From contig OZ242011.1 in assembly GCA_965204755.1 (NCBI GenBank), forward strand, positions 2,400,001 to 2,464,000: a stretch of DNA of 64,000 nt, written 5' to 3'. Positions 40,283 through 48,898 of this stretch are shown in pieces. Both the position numbers and the translations under genes were made by a program. Source of the DNA: Candidatus Marinacidobacterium sp. Lineage in GTDB: Bacteria > Acidobacteriota > Vicinamibacteria > Marinacidobacterales > Marinacidobacteraceae. A model generated the notes under the pieces. The model was not told where the DNA came from. It did not search any database and saw only the letters and a program-made list of their open reading frames with translations. Positions within the stretch are counted from its first letter, which is position 1. Each line of letters begins with the position of its first letter.

Positions 40283-41556
40283 GACGAAGATCGGTTCGCG
40301 GCGCGCCGCCGTGCGGATTCGAGTCGCGTGGCCAGATGGACCGGCGCGGACTCCTCGGTCATCGGGCCGAGGGCGAGGCGGAGGGTGGAGTAGGCGTCGG
40401 TCGGGGTGAGGCCGAGGGCGCGGAGGACCTGGGAGGGTTCCGGGGCGCCGGAGTGGCAGGCGGAGGCGGCGGAGAGGTCGAAGGCGGGGAGGTTGGCGAT
40501 GAGGGCGTCGGCGTCCGCGCCGGGGAAGGTGATCGATGTCGTGTGCGGGAGGCGGTGGGCGAGGGCGCCGTTGATGCGGGCTTCGGGGACGCGCGCGGTG
40601 ATTTCGCGTTCGAGGCGGTCGCGGAGGGCGGCGAGGCGGGGGGCCACTTGCGGGAGGCGGGCGACGGCGTTCGTGGCGGCTTCGGCGAAGGCGGCGATGG
40701 CCGGGGTGTTGGAGGTGCCCGGGCGGAGGCCGCGTTCGTGGCCGCCGCCGAACTGGATCGGGGCGACGGGGGCCCGGCGGGGGCCGCCTCGGACGAAGAG
40801 GGCGCCGACGCCCTTGGGGCCGTAGCACTTGTGGCCGCTCAGCGAAGCGAAGTCGAGGTCGAGGGATTCGACATCGAAGGGGATCTTCCCGAGGGCCTGC
40901 GCGGCGTCGGAATGGACCGGGACGCCGTGTTCCCGCGCGAGCGCGGCCGCCTCGGCGACCGGTTGGATCGTGCCGATCTCGTTGTTCGCGGTCTGGATGC
41001 TGAGGAGGAGCGCCGGTTCGTCTTCGGGCGGGGCGAGCAGGGCTGCCAGGGAGTCGAGGTCCACGCGGCCGTCCCGGCCGACGGGGGCGGTCAGCAACTC
41101 GAAGCCGTCCGCCGCCAGGTATCGCGCCGGGGCGAGGACCGACGGGTGTTCGATGGGCAGGGTGACGATGCGGCGGCGGGCGTCGCCTCGTTCGCGCGCG
41201 GCGCGGGCGGCGCCGAGGAGCGCCAGGTTGTTGCTCTCCGTCGCGCCGCCGGTGAAGACGATCTCTTCCGGAAGCGCGCCGACCGCTTCCGCCAGTCGTT
41301 CGCGGGCGTTTTCGACGATCTCGGCGGCGCGCTTTCCGGCGCGGTGGGCGCTCGAAGGGTTCGCGTAGGTCTCCTCGGCGACTCGCTGCATCAGCGCGAG
41401 GGCCGCCGGGTCCATCGGCGTGGACGCCTGGTGGTCGAGGTAGGTGCGGGTCGGTACGGCGGTCACGGCGCGCGCCGGCGGCCCGGCCGACGGCGATACG
41501 ACCGGAGCGGCCGGCGCGGCCATCCCCGAGGGAAGGGCCGGCGCGGGGGCGCTCAC
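40279..41556 (-). CDS. sspA: Cysteine desulfurase (IscS/DndA/SspA-like)
   Basis: YLDHQASTP, FTGGATESNN, DAAQ, SGHKCYGPKG (PLP Lys), SACHS (catalytic Cys); GTGA overlaps at both ends. Confidence 0.9.
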   Translation of the reverse strand: MSAPAPALPSGMAAPAAPVVSPSAGPPARAVTAVPTRTYLDHQASTPMDPAALALMQRVAEETYANPSSAHRAGKRAAEIVENARERLAEAVGALPEEIVFTGGATESNNLALLGAARAARERGDARRRIVTLPIEHPSVLAPARYLAADGFELLTAPVGRDGRVDLDSLAALLAPPEDEPALLLSIQTANNEIGTIQPVAEAAALAREHGVPVHSDAAQALGKIPFDVESLDLDFASLSGHKCYGPKGVGALFVRGGPRRAPVAPIQFGGGHERGLRPGTSNTPAIAAFAEAATNAVARLPQVAPRLAALRDRLEREITARVPEARINGALAHRLPHTTSITFPGADADALIANLPAFDLSAASACHSGAPEPSQVLRALGLTPTDAYSTLRLALGPMTEESAPVHLATRLESARRRAANRSSS

Positions 41557-42422
41557 TTGTGACACATCAGGCACAGGTCGTCCTCGTCGTCGCCGAGCGC
41601 CTCGTAACCGAAGGCCTGGCCGAGGGTCTTCGGGCGGCGTCTCGCCGCGCGGCGCTCCCGATCCTTCGCTTCCCGGTCGAGGATCTGCTGCGTGCGGGCC
41701 GGGTCTTCGATCTGCGTGAGGCTCTCGTGACTCACCCAGGTGTATCCCTCTTCCTCCTTCTCGTAGGCCTTGGCCTTCTCGTAGAGGTCGGGGTGTTCCC
41801 GGCGCAGCCGCACCCACTCGCCGCGCTGCTGGAAGAAGCAGAAGTAGCAGCCGGAGCGGGAACGCCATTCGTAGTACTTCGGCACGCCGACGCCGCTGGT
41901 TTCCAGCAGGCGCAGGACATCGCCCTTGGCGAGTCCGTCCTCCTTGAACGGGAAGACCGCGGTGATGTTGGGTTTCGTGGAGATGTAGCCGCCGCGGTTC
42001 TCGTCGGCGCGGATGCCGACATAGAGGAGCGTGGGGTCGTCGCCGACATACTTCTCGAAGGGCTCGATCTTGAGCAGCCGGGTGCACCACCTGGCGCTGG
42101 GCGAGGGCAGGAAGCCGCCGTAGAGTTTGAGGAAGTGGTCGAAGCCGCGGTCGCCGTGTTCCGAAGCGAGGCGGACGATGGGGCGGCCGAGCCGCGCTTC
42201 GATGCGGGCCAGGTACTCGTAGGTTTCGGGGAGTTCCTTGTGGGTATCGCAGAAGAGGTACTCGTAGTCGGTTTCGGGGTGCTTCTCGCGGAGGTAGAGC
42301 GCCAGCGCGGTCGAGTCCTTGCCGCCGGAGAGCGTCACGATGTGGCGCACGGCTTCCGAACCGTCGGCGGGAGCCCCAGCGCGGCCCGAGCGCGCGGCGT
42401 CCTCTTTCGTACCGGCGCTCAT
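41553..42422 (-). CDS. sspD: PAPS-reductase-family PP-loop protein (SspD/DndC-like)
   Basis: SGGKDS, RWCT..LKI.P, GIRADE, RSGCYFC; ATGA overlap with the ATPase. Confidence 0.85.
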   Translation of the reverse strand: MSAGTKEDAARSGRAGAPADGSEAVRHIVTLSGGKDSTALALYLREKHPETDYEYLFCDTHKELPETYEYLARIEARLGRPIVRLASEHGDRGFDHFLKLYGGFLPSPSARWCTRLLKIEPFEKYVGDDPTLLYVGIRADENRGGYISTKPNITAVFPFKEDGLAKGDVLRLLETSGVGVPKYYEWRSRSGCYFCFFQQRGEWVRLRREHPDLYEKAKAYEKEEEGYTWVSHESLTQIEDPARTQQILDREAKDRERRAARRRPKTLGQAFGYEALGDDEDDLCLMCHK

Positions 42423-45400
42423 GCGTCAGGCCTCGGGCGGGGCGGTCCGACGGCAGGTTCGATGAGCCGGGTCAACAGCGTGAGCGCGGCTTGGTGTTCC
42501 TGCGGCGTGTAGCGCGCCATCGCGCCGCGCCAGTCTTCGAACAGGCGCTCGGCCGCCCCGTTGCCGTTCGCTGCGCCGTTGGCGGGGGCGCCGTTGCCGT
42601 TCGCCGCACCGTTGGCGGGGGCGCCGTTCCCCTCCGCCGCCGCGGCCCTCGACGAAACGCCCTCCGCGGCGCGGGAATCCACCAAGCGGCCCAGCCGAGC
42701 CATCTCGTGGGCCAGCAGCCGGATGCGCGCTTCCGCCCGCTCCGCCCGGTCGTCGTTCCAGCGGTCCGCCGGGAGCCCGTCGCCCAGCGGGAGCGCGAGC
42801 GTCTCCCGCCAGTCCGTCCGGTCGTCGTCGGTCCGGAGCGCCGCTTCGAGGAATTGCCTCAGGGTCAACTCGGTGGCGTGCTCCCGCAGCCGCATCGCCT
42901 CCTCGCGCAGTCGGCGCGGGAGGTCGGCGTCCGTCTCCGCCCGTTCCGCCGGCGCTCCCCCGGCCCCGGATTCCGCCGCGACCGCCCGGCCGAGTTCGCG
43001 TTCGAGCCGCCGGAGCAGCGACGGGTAGGCCGCGCCGATCTCCTCGACCGCCATCCCCAACCGGGCCGCGTACTCGGCGCCGTCCGTCCGCCCTCGCGTC
43101 GGCGAGGCCAGGCCCAGCGCCTTCGGGAGGTCGCGGAGGACCAGGTCGCGCGGATCCCGGGCGGACAGCAACTCGTCGCGGACGCGGCGGGAGTCGTCGC
43201 CGATCCGTCGCGTCTGCCGGGCGTACGCGGGCAGGCGAACGGCGCCGCCCACGAGCCGGCGCGTGACCGCGAGCAGCCGCTGGTCGTCCCGCGCGGAGTC
43301 CGGGACGCCGAAGGCGCGGCCGACAGCCCGCAACACCCGCCGCTCGGCCGGGCGGAACCGCAGTGACCGGAGCGCGAAGGTCTCCGGGCGGCGGATGAGG
43401 CGCTCCAGCGTCTCGATGCCGGTGTCCGGGACGAACAGCCCGTCCTCGTAGAGCGCGACGCGGTCGCCGAACACCCGGAGGTAGAGCGCGAGCAGCACCG
43501 GGAACGGCCCGGAGCGCAGCCCGAACGGGGGCGCTTCCAACCGGGCGATGAGGTCGGTGAGCGGCCTCGGCGCCTCGGCCGCTTGCCGGACGAACTCCGA
43601 GATCGCCTTCCACACCGGCTTCCAGGCCGGCGCGGTCGGCGAATCCAACCGGAACGACCCGTCGCGGCGCCTCCGGTGGAAGCCGCCCGCCTCGACCAGC
43701 GAGCAGTACATGCTGAACTCCGGCGGGAAACCCCGGATTCCCAACCGCTCTTCGGCGCTCCCGGCGACGATGCGCTCGATCAGGTTCCGCCGCCCGGCGG
43801 CCGCCGCCGCCGACAGCGCGCTGCGGTTCAGCAACTCGTTGCGCAGCGGCGGCGCCTCGGCGTACTCCTCGTCGCAGAGGCGGGTGAGGCGCGCCTGGAG
43901 CGCCCGCGGCCCGGTCAACTCGGTCGCCTCGTCGCCGGCGAAGAACCAGCGCCAATGTGACGGGTCGAGGACATGGCCGGAGAGGCCGAGCGCCGGGCCG
44001 GCGGCCTCCTCGAACCGCCGCCGCGCCGCGTCCTCGCGTTCGGCGGCTTCCCGGCGGGCGGCTTCGTCGCCGGCGAGTTCGGGGACCCGCTCCCGCACCT
44101 GCCGCCAGGCCTCCACTTCGTCGAGGGCCGCGCCGAGCGCCTCCGGCTTCCGCGAGACCGCCACGACCACCGGCCGGCCCGGCGGCCGCTCGCCGAAGAG
44201 ACTCGCTCGCTCGCTGTCTCCGTCCCCCGCGCCGCGGCCGCCGGCCGCCCGCGCCCGGGCCGGCGGAAGGTCCCCGAGGACGAAGAGCAGGATCCCGTCG
44301 GCGGCGGCGGGTTCGGCGAGCGCTTCGTCGAGGGCGTCCGGCGCGGTGAGGCGCGGCTCGAACCAGCGGAGCGTCCCGGTGCGGACGCTGTGCTCGCGGG
44401 CCACCGGGGGCCGGGGTTCGCTGACGCGGCGGAGCCGCTCGTGGAGCGGCGCGGGCTCCCGCTCGGCGAGCGCCTGCGCCAGCGAGTCGTCGAGGTCGAG
44501 GTCGGAGCCCTCCCAGAGCCCGTAGGCCGAACGGTGCCGCCGCCAGAGCGCGATGGACTCCCGGGTGAGACCGGCGAGCGCCGCGCGAACCGCCTTCGGC
44601 GGGCGGTCGTCCAGCGCGGTCTCCAGGGTCTCCCGGTCCGGGCGCAGCCCGACGGGGTCCCCGTAGAGCGTGAGCAGGCCGATGGCCTTGACCAGGTCGG
44701 CGGCGAGCGGCGGCGCGTCCGCCGGCACGCGGTCGAGCGCCCCGGCGATGAGGCGGAAGCGGCGCGCGTCCGGGCCGCTGAACGCGGCGGAACCCAGCGC
44801 CTCCACCGCGTAGTCGTAGAGCCGGGGCAGGCGGAAGAACGGTGGCGGGGTCCCCGGGGCGACGGTCTCCTCGTCGAGGAACCGGCGGAAGCCATAGGGC
44901 TCGTGGCTGGTCAGGAAGGCGAACAGCGAGCGCTCGTTCTGCGCCGCCTTGCTGCGGAACAGCGGCCAGAGCAGCAGGGCCGTCGTCGCGTGGAGCGGGG
45001 CGCAGGCGGCCACGCGGGCCGGCGCGGCGGGCGGGCGGCGGCTCCGGCGGTGGAGCGTCCCGGCGAGGGCGGCGGCGCGCGCCGCGTAGGGGTCCTCCGC
45101 GGCGTCCTTCTCCGGCGCCCGGCCCAGCGCGGCGGCGATCAGGTCGAGGACCTGGTCGTCGGGGAGGGCGAAGGGGAGGTCCTGGAACCGGCCTTGGACC
45201 TTCTGCCACTCGGCGCGGCGGCGGGCGGAGGCGCCGGCGCCGGGGAGGTAGTCGGAGAAGCCCGAGTGGAGCGCGCCGATGAGCAGCAGCGGCCGTTCGC
45301 TCCGCGCCGCGGCTTCCGCGAGTTGCTGGAGGAAGAAGATGTCCTCGGTGTCCTCGCCGGCGGCGAATTCGAGGTACTTGCCGAGTTCGTCGAGGACGAG

Positions 45401-45976
45401 CAGCAGCCCGCCCGGGCTTTGGGCCGCGGCTTCGGAGAGCAGCGCGGCGCACTTGGCGCCGGACGGCGCGGCGCTCCGCGCGAGGGCCAGCGCCCGGCGG
45501 CGGATCGTCGGGAGGCCGGCGGCGGCGAGCGAGCCGGCGACGGCCGGGATCAGCGGGGCGGCCTCCGCCTGGAGCAGCAGGGGGGTGAGCGGCGCGGCGC
45601 GCTTCGGGAAGAGGTCGCCGCGCAGCCGCTCCGCTTCCGGGTGCTCCGGGGCCCTCCGGGCCAGCAGGTCGGCGAGGAAGAGGAGGAACGAGGACTTGCC
45701 CGAGCCGTAGGGGCCGGTGAGCGTCCAAGCGCGGGCTCCTCCGGGAGTCGTCAGGTCTTCGAGGATTTGGCGGGCGGTCTCCCGGATGGCGCCGGTGACC
45801 ACATAGCCGCCGGGGGCGTCCCGGTTCTCCCAGTCGCGGGGGAGGTGCGCCGAGCGGTGGAAGCGGAGGGGCGGCCGCACCAGGGCCCGGAGCGGGCGCG
45901 GCGCCGGCCGGGAAGTCGTCTGCCGGGCCGGGCGCGGTTTCGCCGCGGCGGCCGGGCGGCTCAGTTTCGATACCAC
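42419..45976 (-). CDS. sspC: Large P-loop ATPase (SspC/BrxC-like)
   Basis: GPYGSGKSS Walker A, LLLVLDELGK Walker B, EWQKVQGRF, QNERSLF, PPFGLR.G. GTG start inferred. Confidence 0.78.
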   Translation of the reverse strand: MVSKLSRPAAAAKPRPARQTTSRPAPRPLRALVRPPLRFHRSAHLPRDWENRDAPGGYVVTGAIRETARQILEDLTTPGGARAWTLTGPYGSGKSSFLLFLADLLARRAPEHPEAERLRGDLFPKRAAPLTPLLLQAEAAPLIPAVAGSLAAAGLPTIRRRALALARSAAPSGAKCAALLSEAAAQSPGGLLLVLDELGKYLEFAAGEDTEDIFFLQQLAEAAARSERPLLLIGALHSGFSDYLPGAGASARRRAEWQKVQGRFQDLPFALPDDQVLDLIAAALGRAPEKDAAEDPYAARAAALAGTLHRRSRRPPAAPARVAACAPLHATTALLLWPLFRSKAAQNERSLFAFLTSHEPYGFRRFLDEETVAPGTPPPFFRLPRLYDYAVEALGSAAFSGPDARRFRLIAGALDRVPADAPPLAADLVKAIGLLTLYGDPVGLRPDRETLETALDDRPPKAVRAALAGLTRESIALWRRHRSAYGLWEGSDLDLDDSLAQALAEREPAPLHERLRRVSEPRPPVAREHSVRTGTLRWFEPRLTAPDALDEALAEPAAADGILLFVLGDLPPARARAAGGRGAGDGDSERASLFGERPPGRPVVVAVSRKPEALGAALDEVEAWRQVRERVPELAGDEAARREAAEREDAARRRFEEAAGPALGLSGHVLDPSHWRWFFAGDEATELTGPRALQARLTRLCDEEYAEAPPLRNELLNRSALSAAAAAGRRNLIERIVAGSAEERLGIRGFPPEFSMYCSLVEAGGFHRRRRDGSFRLDSPTAPAWKPVWKAISEFVRQAAEAPRPLTDLIARLEAPPFGLRSGPFPVLLALYLRVFGDRVALYEDGLFVPDTGIETLERLIRRPETFALRSLRFRPAERRVLRAVGRAFGVPDSARDDQRLLAVTRRLVGGAVRLPAYARQTRRIGDDSRRVRDELLSARDPRDLVLRDLPKALGLASPTRGRTDGAEYAARLGMAVEEIGAAYPSLLRRLERELGRAVAAESGAGGAPAERAETDADLPRRLREEAMRLREHATELTLRQFLEAALRTDDDRTDWRETLALPLGDGLPADRWNDDRAERAEARIRLLAHEMARLGRLVDSRAAEGVSSRAAAAEGNGAPANGAANGNGAPANGAANGNGAAERLFEDWRGAMARYTPQEHQAALTLLTRLIEPAVGPPRPRPDA

Positions 45977-47056
45977 CGTTCGAGGAGGGAGAGCGGGCGC
46001 GGGGCGCCGCGGCGGTGGAGTCCGCGGAGTCCGGCGGTCTCGTCGTAGCGGAGGCCGGTGTCCTTCGGGAGGCGCTCGAGAGCGGCGACCAGACTGCGGT
46101 CGTCGAGCCGGAAGGCCGCGCCGGGGCTGCCGGGGTGGAAGAGGAGCCGTTCGAGGGTCAGCGTCTGCTGTCCGGCGGCCCTCGCGTCCCAGAACTCGAG
46201 GACGGCGAAGGCGAGTACGGCGTCGGGCAGGCTGGGCCGGGGGCCGCGCGGGATCGCGTAGCGGCGGCCCGCGAGCGGGCGGATCAGGCCGAGTTCGGCC
46301 AGCGGGCAGTCGAAGGACTCTTCCACCGGCCGGCGGCGGTCGTTCTTCGGCGGCAGGTAGGTGCGCAGGAAGACATCCACATCCCGGCGGATCGAGGACA
46401 GCGAGACCGCGCGGCCCGGCGGCGCGGCGTTCCGGGCCTGGAGGAGGAGCCACTGCGCCAGCCCCTCGCGGGTGAACGAGGACTCCGGGAACCGGGTGAA
46501 CGCCAGGCGCCAGGTGGACGCCGGCGCCGTCGGCGCCGTGAGACGCCAGTGGAGCAGCCAGAGGGTCCCGGGGTCTTCCAGGAACGGGTCTGCGCCCGAA
46601 AGGGCGTCAGCGGCGCTCTCAGCGCCGTTCAGCGACTGGTGAGAGTGGAGTCCCGGTGATTTCTGGGGGGGGGGGGGGGGGGGGTAGGTTGGTTCGGAGG
46701 TCGGGGCCGGCGCCGAGGAGGAGCGTTCCGAGGTCGGTCAGGCGGGCCTCGCGGCCCCGGTCGCGCGGCGTTCGGCCGCGAGCCCCGGCGGCGAATCGGA
46801 TCAGTCCGGCGGCGGCGCACCAGTGCCGGATGGAGGCGACCATGTTCTTCCCGACGCCGAGCCGGGCGAGCGCGTCCGGGCGGGCGAAGAGGGCGGGGTC
46901 TTCGTGGATCGCGGCGGCGGCCTTGGCGAACCAGCCGTGCCGGAACGGGAAGGTCTGATGCCCGGTGAACCGGTAGGCGGGGTCGGCCGCCGCGCCGGGG
47001 ACGGGGCCGCCGGGAGCGCGGGCGGCGGTTCCGGCGAGCGACCCGGTGGGAGGCAC
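45961..47056 (-). pseudogene. sspB: DUF4007 (SspB-like) gene frameshifted in a C20 tract (phase-variable or assembly error)
   Basis: N-half: FTGHQTFPFRHGW..K, LGVGKNMVASIRHW. C-half in another frame, open from the tract to 45961: DPFLEDPGTLWLLHW, RRDVDVFLRTY, CPLAELGLI, PGAAFRL. Start inferred. Confidence 0.85.
46665..46684 (-). repeat. Homopolymer G20 (+) / C20 (coding strand)
   Basis: Counted directly; by far the longest homopolymer noticed in the window. Confidence 0.95.
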
Positions 47057-47435
47057 GGAGGGCTTCGGCGAAGGGGGTTCCGGAGACGGGCGGGCGGCGC
47101 TCCGGGAACCGGGCGGGATTATTCCATTTCGGGCGGCGGAGGGCGGGGTCGGGCGTCGTTCCGCTGCGAGGGGCGGCGCGGAGGGAGCGTGCCGACGGTC
47201 TCGGCAGCGGCCGGCTGCCGAGCGGGATCGAGGCCCGAGGTCGCGCTGTGGCTCGGAGAGGAGCCGTCGGTCGGCGAAGAGAGGTCCGGCGCGCGGCGAC
47301 AGCGAGGAGGGAGTCGGCAAGAAGTGTCCGTGTCCGTTGTGGCGACGGTCATCTTCGTCCGATGGGTGGACGGAAAGTGTCATCCCTTCGTTCGGCGCGT
47401 CCGTCGGCGTCTCGCAGCCCGGGTCGTGGTTCCGG

Positions 47436-48371
47436 TCAGCGGCCTCGGGGCTCGCCCCGGAAGACCTGCTTCCGATGCCATGCCACGAACTCGGCGCTCG
47501 GGAGGAACTTCCCCTCCTGCGGCGGTCGGAGCGGGCGACCGCGGGCGTCCACGAGTTGGCGGAAGACCTCGCCTTGACCGCTCAGATTCCGGGACACGAG
47601 AAGGACGAAGCCGGCGCCGGCTTCGCGTTCGAGGCCGATGGCGCCCCGGTCGAGGGCGCGGTGGTGGAAGGCGCAGAGCGCGAGCCCGTTCGGGATCGTG
47701 TCGGGGCCTCCGTGGGAATGCCAGCGGATGTGGGCCGCATCGAGCCCGAAGAGATCGTCGGAGAGACGGATGTCGTAGTCGCACACCGCGCAGCGGCGCT
47801 CGTAGGCCGTGAGCACCAACTCCCGGAAGCGCGGGTCGCGCGGCCTTCGGCGCGCGGCGTCGAAGATCGTGTCTTCATGGCTCATGACCTCGTCGAGGCC
47901 GACCTCGTTCCGTATCGCTTGGTGCAGGGACTCCGGGAAATGGTCGGTGAGCAACCGGTTCGCGGCGCGCTCGACGAGTTCGCGATCGGCGAGCAACAGG
48001 CTCTGCAGCGACTCCGGGAACCCGCCCGCCACGGCGTGTTCCCGAAGATACTTCGCTCGGAGGTCGTCCCAACTGGTCTTGGCCTTTTCGGGCAGGGTCT
48101 CGAAACCCGGAATCTCCCAGAGTCCGTCCGTAAGCAGCCGTCGGAACGGATGTTCGGGATGGTGCCGTTTCCTCGGCGGGCCGAACCGTTCGAGCAGTCC
48201 GCTCAGTGGTCTCTCGATTTCGCGGCCGAAGTCGTGGAGGCGCGACGCCTCGCCCCTCGCCACGCGACCGAGCGCGAGCAGCAGAAGCAGCGGCTTGTGC
48301 GGCGCTCGTTTGCCTCCCTTCCGATGGACCCTCAGCCCGTCGAGACGGCGAAGGAACTCTTCGGGCGTCAT
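47436..48371 (-). CDS. SBD-HNH endonuclease (phosphorothioate-DNA-binding restriction enzyme, SprMcrA-like)
   Basis: N-terminal RAPHKPLLLLLALG...PEHPF..L.TDGLWE; C-terminal RDPRFR..VL.AY..RCAVC...AAHI.WH..GGPD...NGLALC..HH...DRG. Confidence 0.82.
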   Translation of the reverse strand: MTPEEFLRRLDGLRVHRKGGKRAPHKPLLLLLALGRVARGEASRLHDFGREIERPLSGLLERFGPPRKRHHPEHPFRRLLTDGLWEIPGFETLPEKAKTSWDDLRAKYLREHAVAGGFPESLQSLLLADRELVERAANRLLTDHFPESLHQAIRNEVGLDEVMSHEDTIFDAARRRPRDPRFRELVLTAYERRCAVCDYDIRLSDDLFGLDAAHIRWHSHGGPDTIPNGLALCAFHHRALDRGAIGLEREAGAGFVLLVSRNLSGQGEVFRQLVDARGRPLRPPQEGKFLPSAEFVAWHRKQVFRGEPRGR

Positions 48372-48382
48372 CGCGTATCGAG

Positions 48383-48835
48383 TCAGTCGTTCGTTTCAGT
48401 AAGTCGGCGGTGGTCCTCCCGCGAGCGGGAGAGGGCGCGGTTGGCCAGGTTGATCGGGTCTTCGTTGCCGGTGAGTCCGAAGCCCTTCTCCTCGAGCATC
48501 TCGCTGACGCGTTCGCATTCGGCCCAGTAGGCCTGCTCGGCGCGTTCCTTCGCTTCCGGGCCGTCGTCGGGGTTCCACGAGGGGCCCATGGCGGGCAGCG
48601 CGTCCAGGCCGGTGACCCGGCCGTCCTCGTGGATGCGGACATGACGGTCGTTCGTCATGCGGTGCATGGCGTAGTAATCCAGGAACTCCCCGTCCTCGTC
48701 CCGGTCGAAGAGGAACCAGATCGCCCAACCTTGGTCGAGGATCTGCCCGCGCTCCCGCTGCCGGACGGCGCCGGCGGGCAGGCGTATGCCCCAGTGGTCG
48801 AACATGTCGCCGAAGATGGTTTCGATGCGTTCCAT
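48383..48835 (-). CDS. Hypothetical protein (150 aa), probably co-transcribed with SBD-HNH
   Basis: GGAGG RBS; globular composition (FLDYYAMHRMTNDRHVRI); 11-nt gap to the HNH gene. Confidence 0.7.
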   Translation of the reverse strand: MERIETIFGDMFDHWGIRLPAGAVRQRERGQILDQGWAIWFLFDRDEDGEFLDYYAMHRMTNDRHVRIHEDGRVTGLDALPAMGPSWNPDDGPEAKERAEQAYWAECERVSEMLEEKGFGLTGNEDPINLANRALSRSREDHRRLTETND

Positions 48836-48898
48836 GGTGCGTTCCCTCCGGATCCCCCGCGCCGGTCGAGGCGCGGCCCGAATGGTAGAGGCCGCGCC

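Noticed and set aside
42555-42630. 33-bp duplication encoding NGAPANGAANG in the ATPase tail
   Set aside because: Short in-frame low-complexity linker.
34740-47056. BREX type 4 or classical dndABCDE-FGH
   Set aside because: No PglZ, BrxL, SMC-like DndD or DndE recognised; DUF4007 and PAPS reductase are separate genes, as in Ssp.
47057-47435. Small ORFs and a 9-bp hairpin (47200-47222) between SBD-HNH and DUF4007
   Set aside because: No motif or RBS support; a 9-bp GC stem is expected by chance. Treated as intergenic/promoter.
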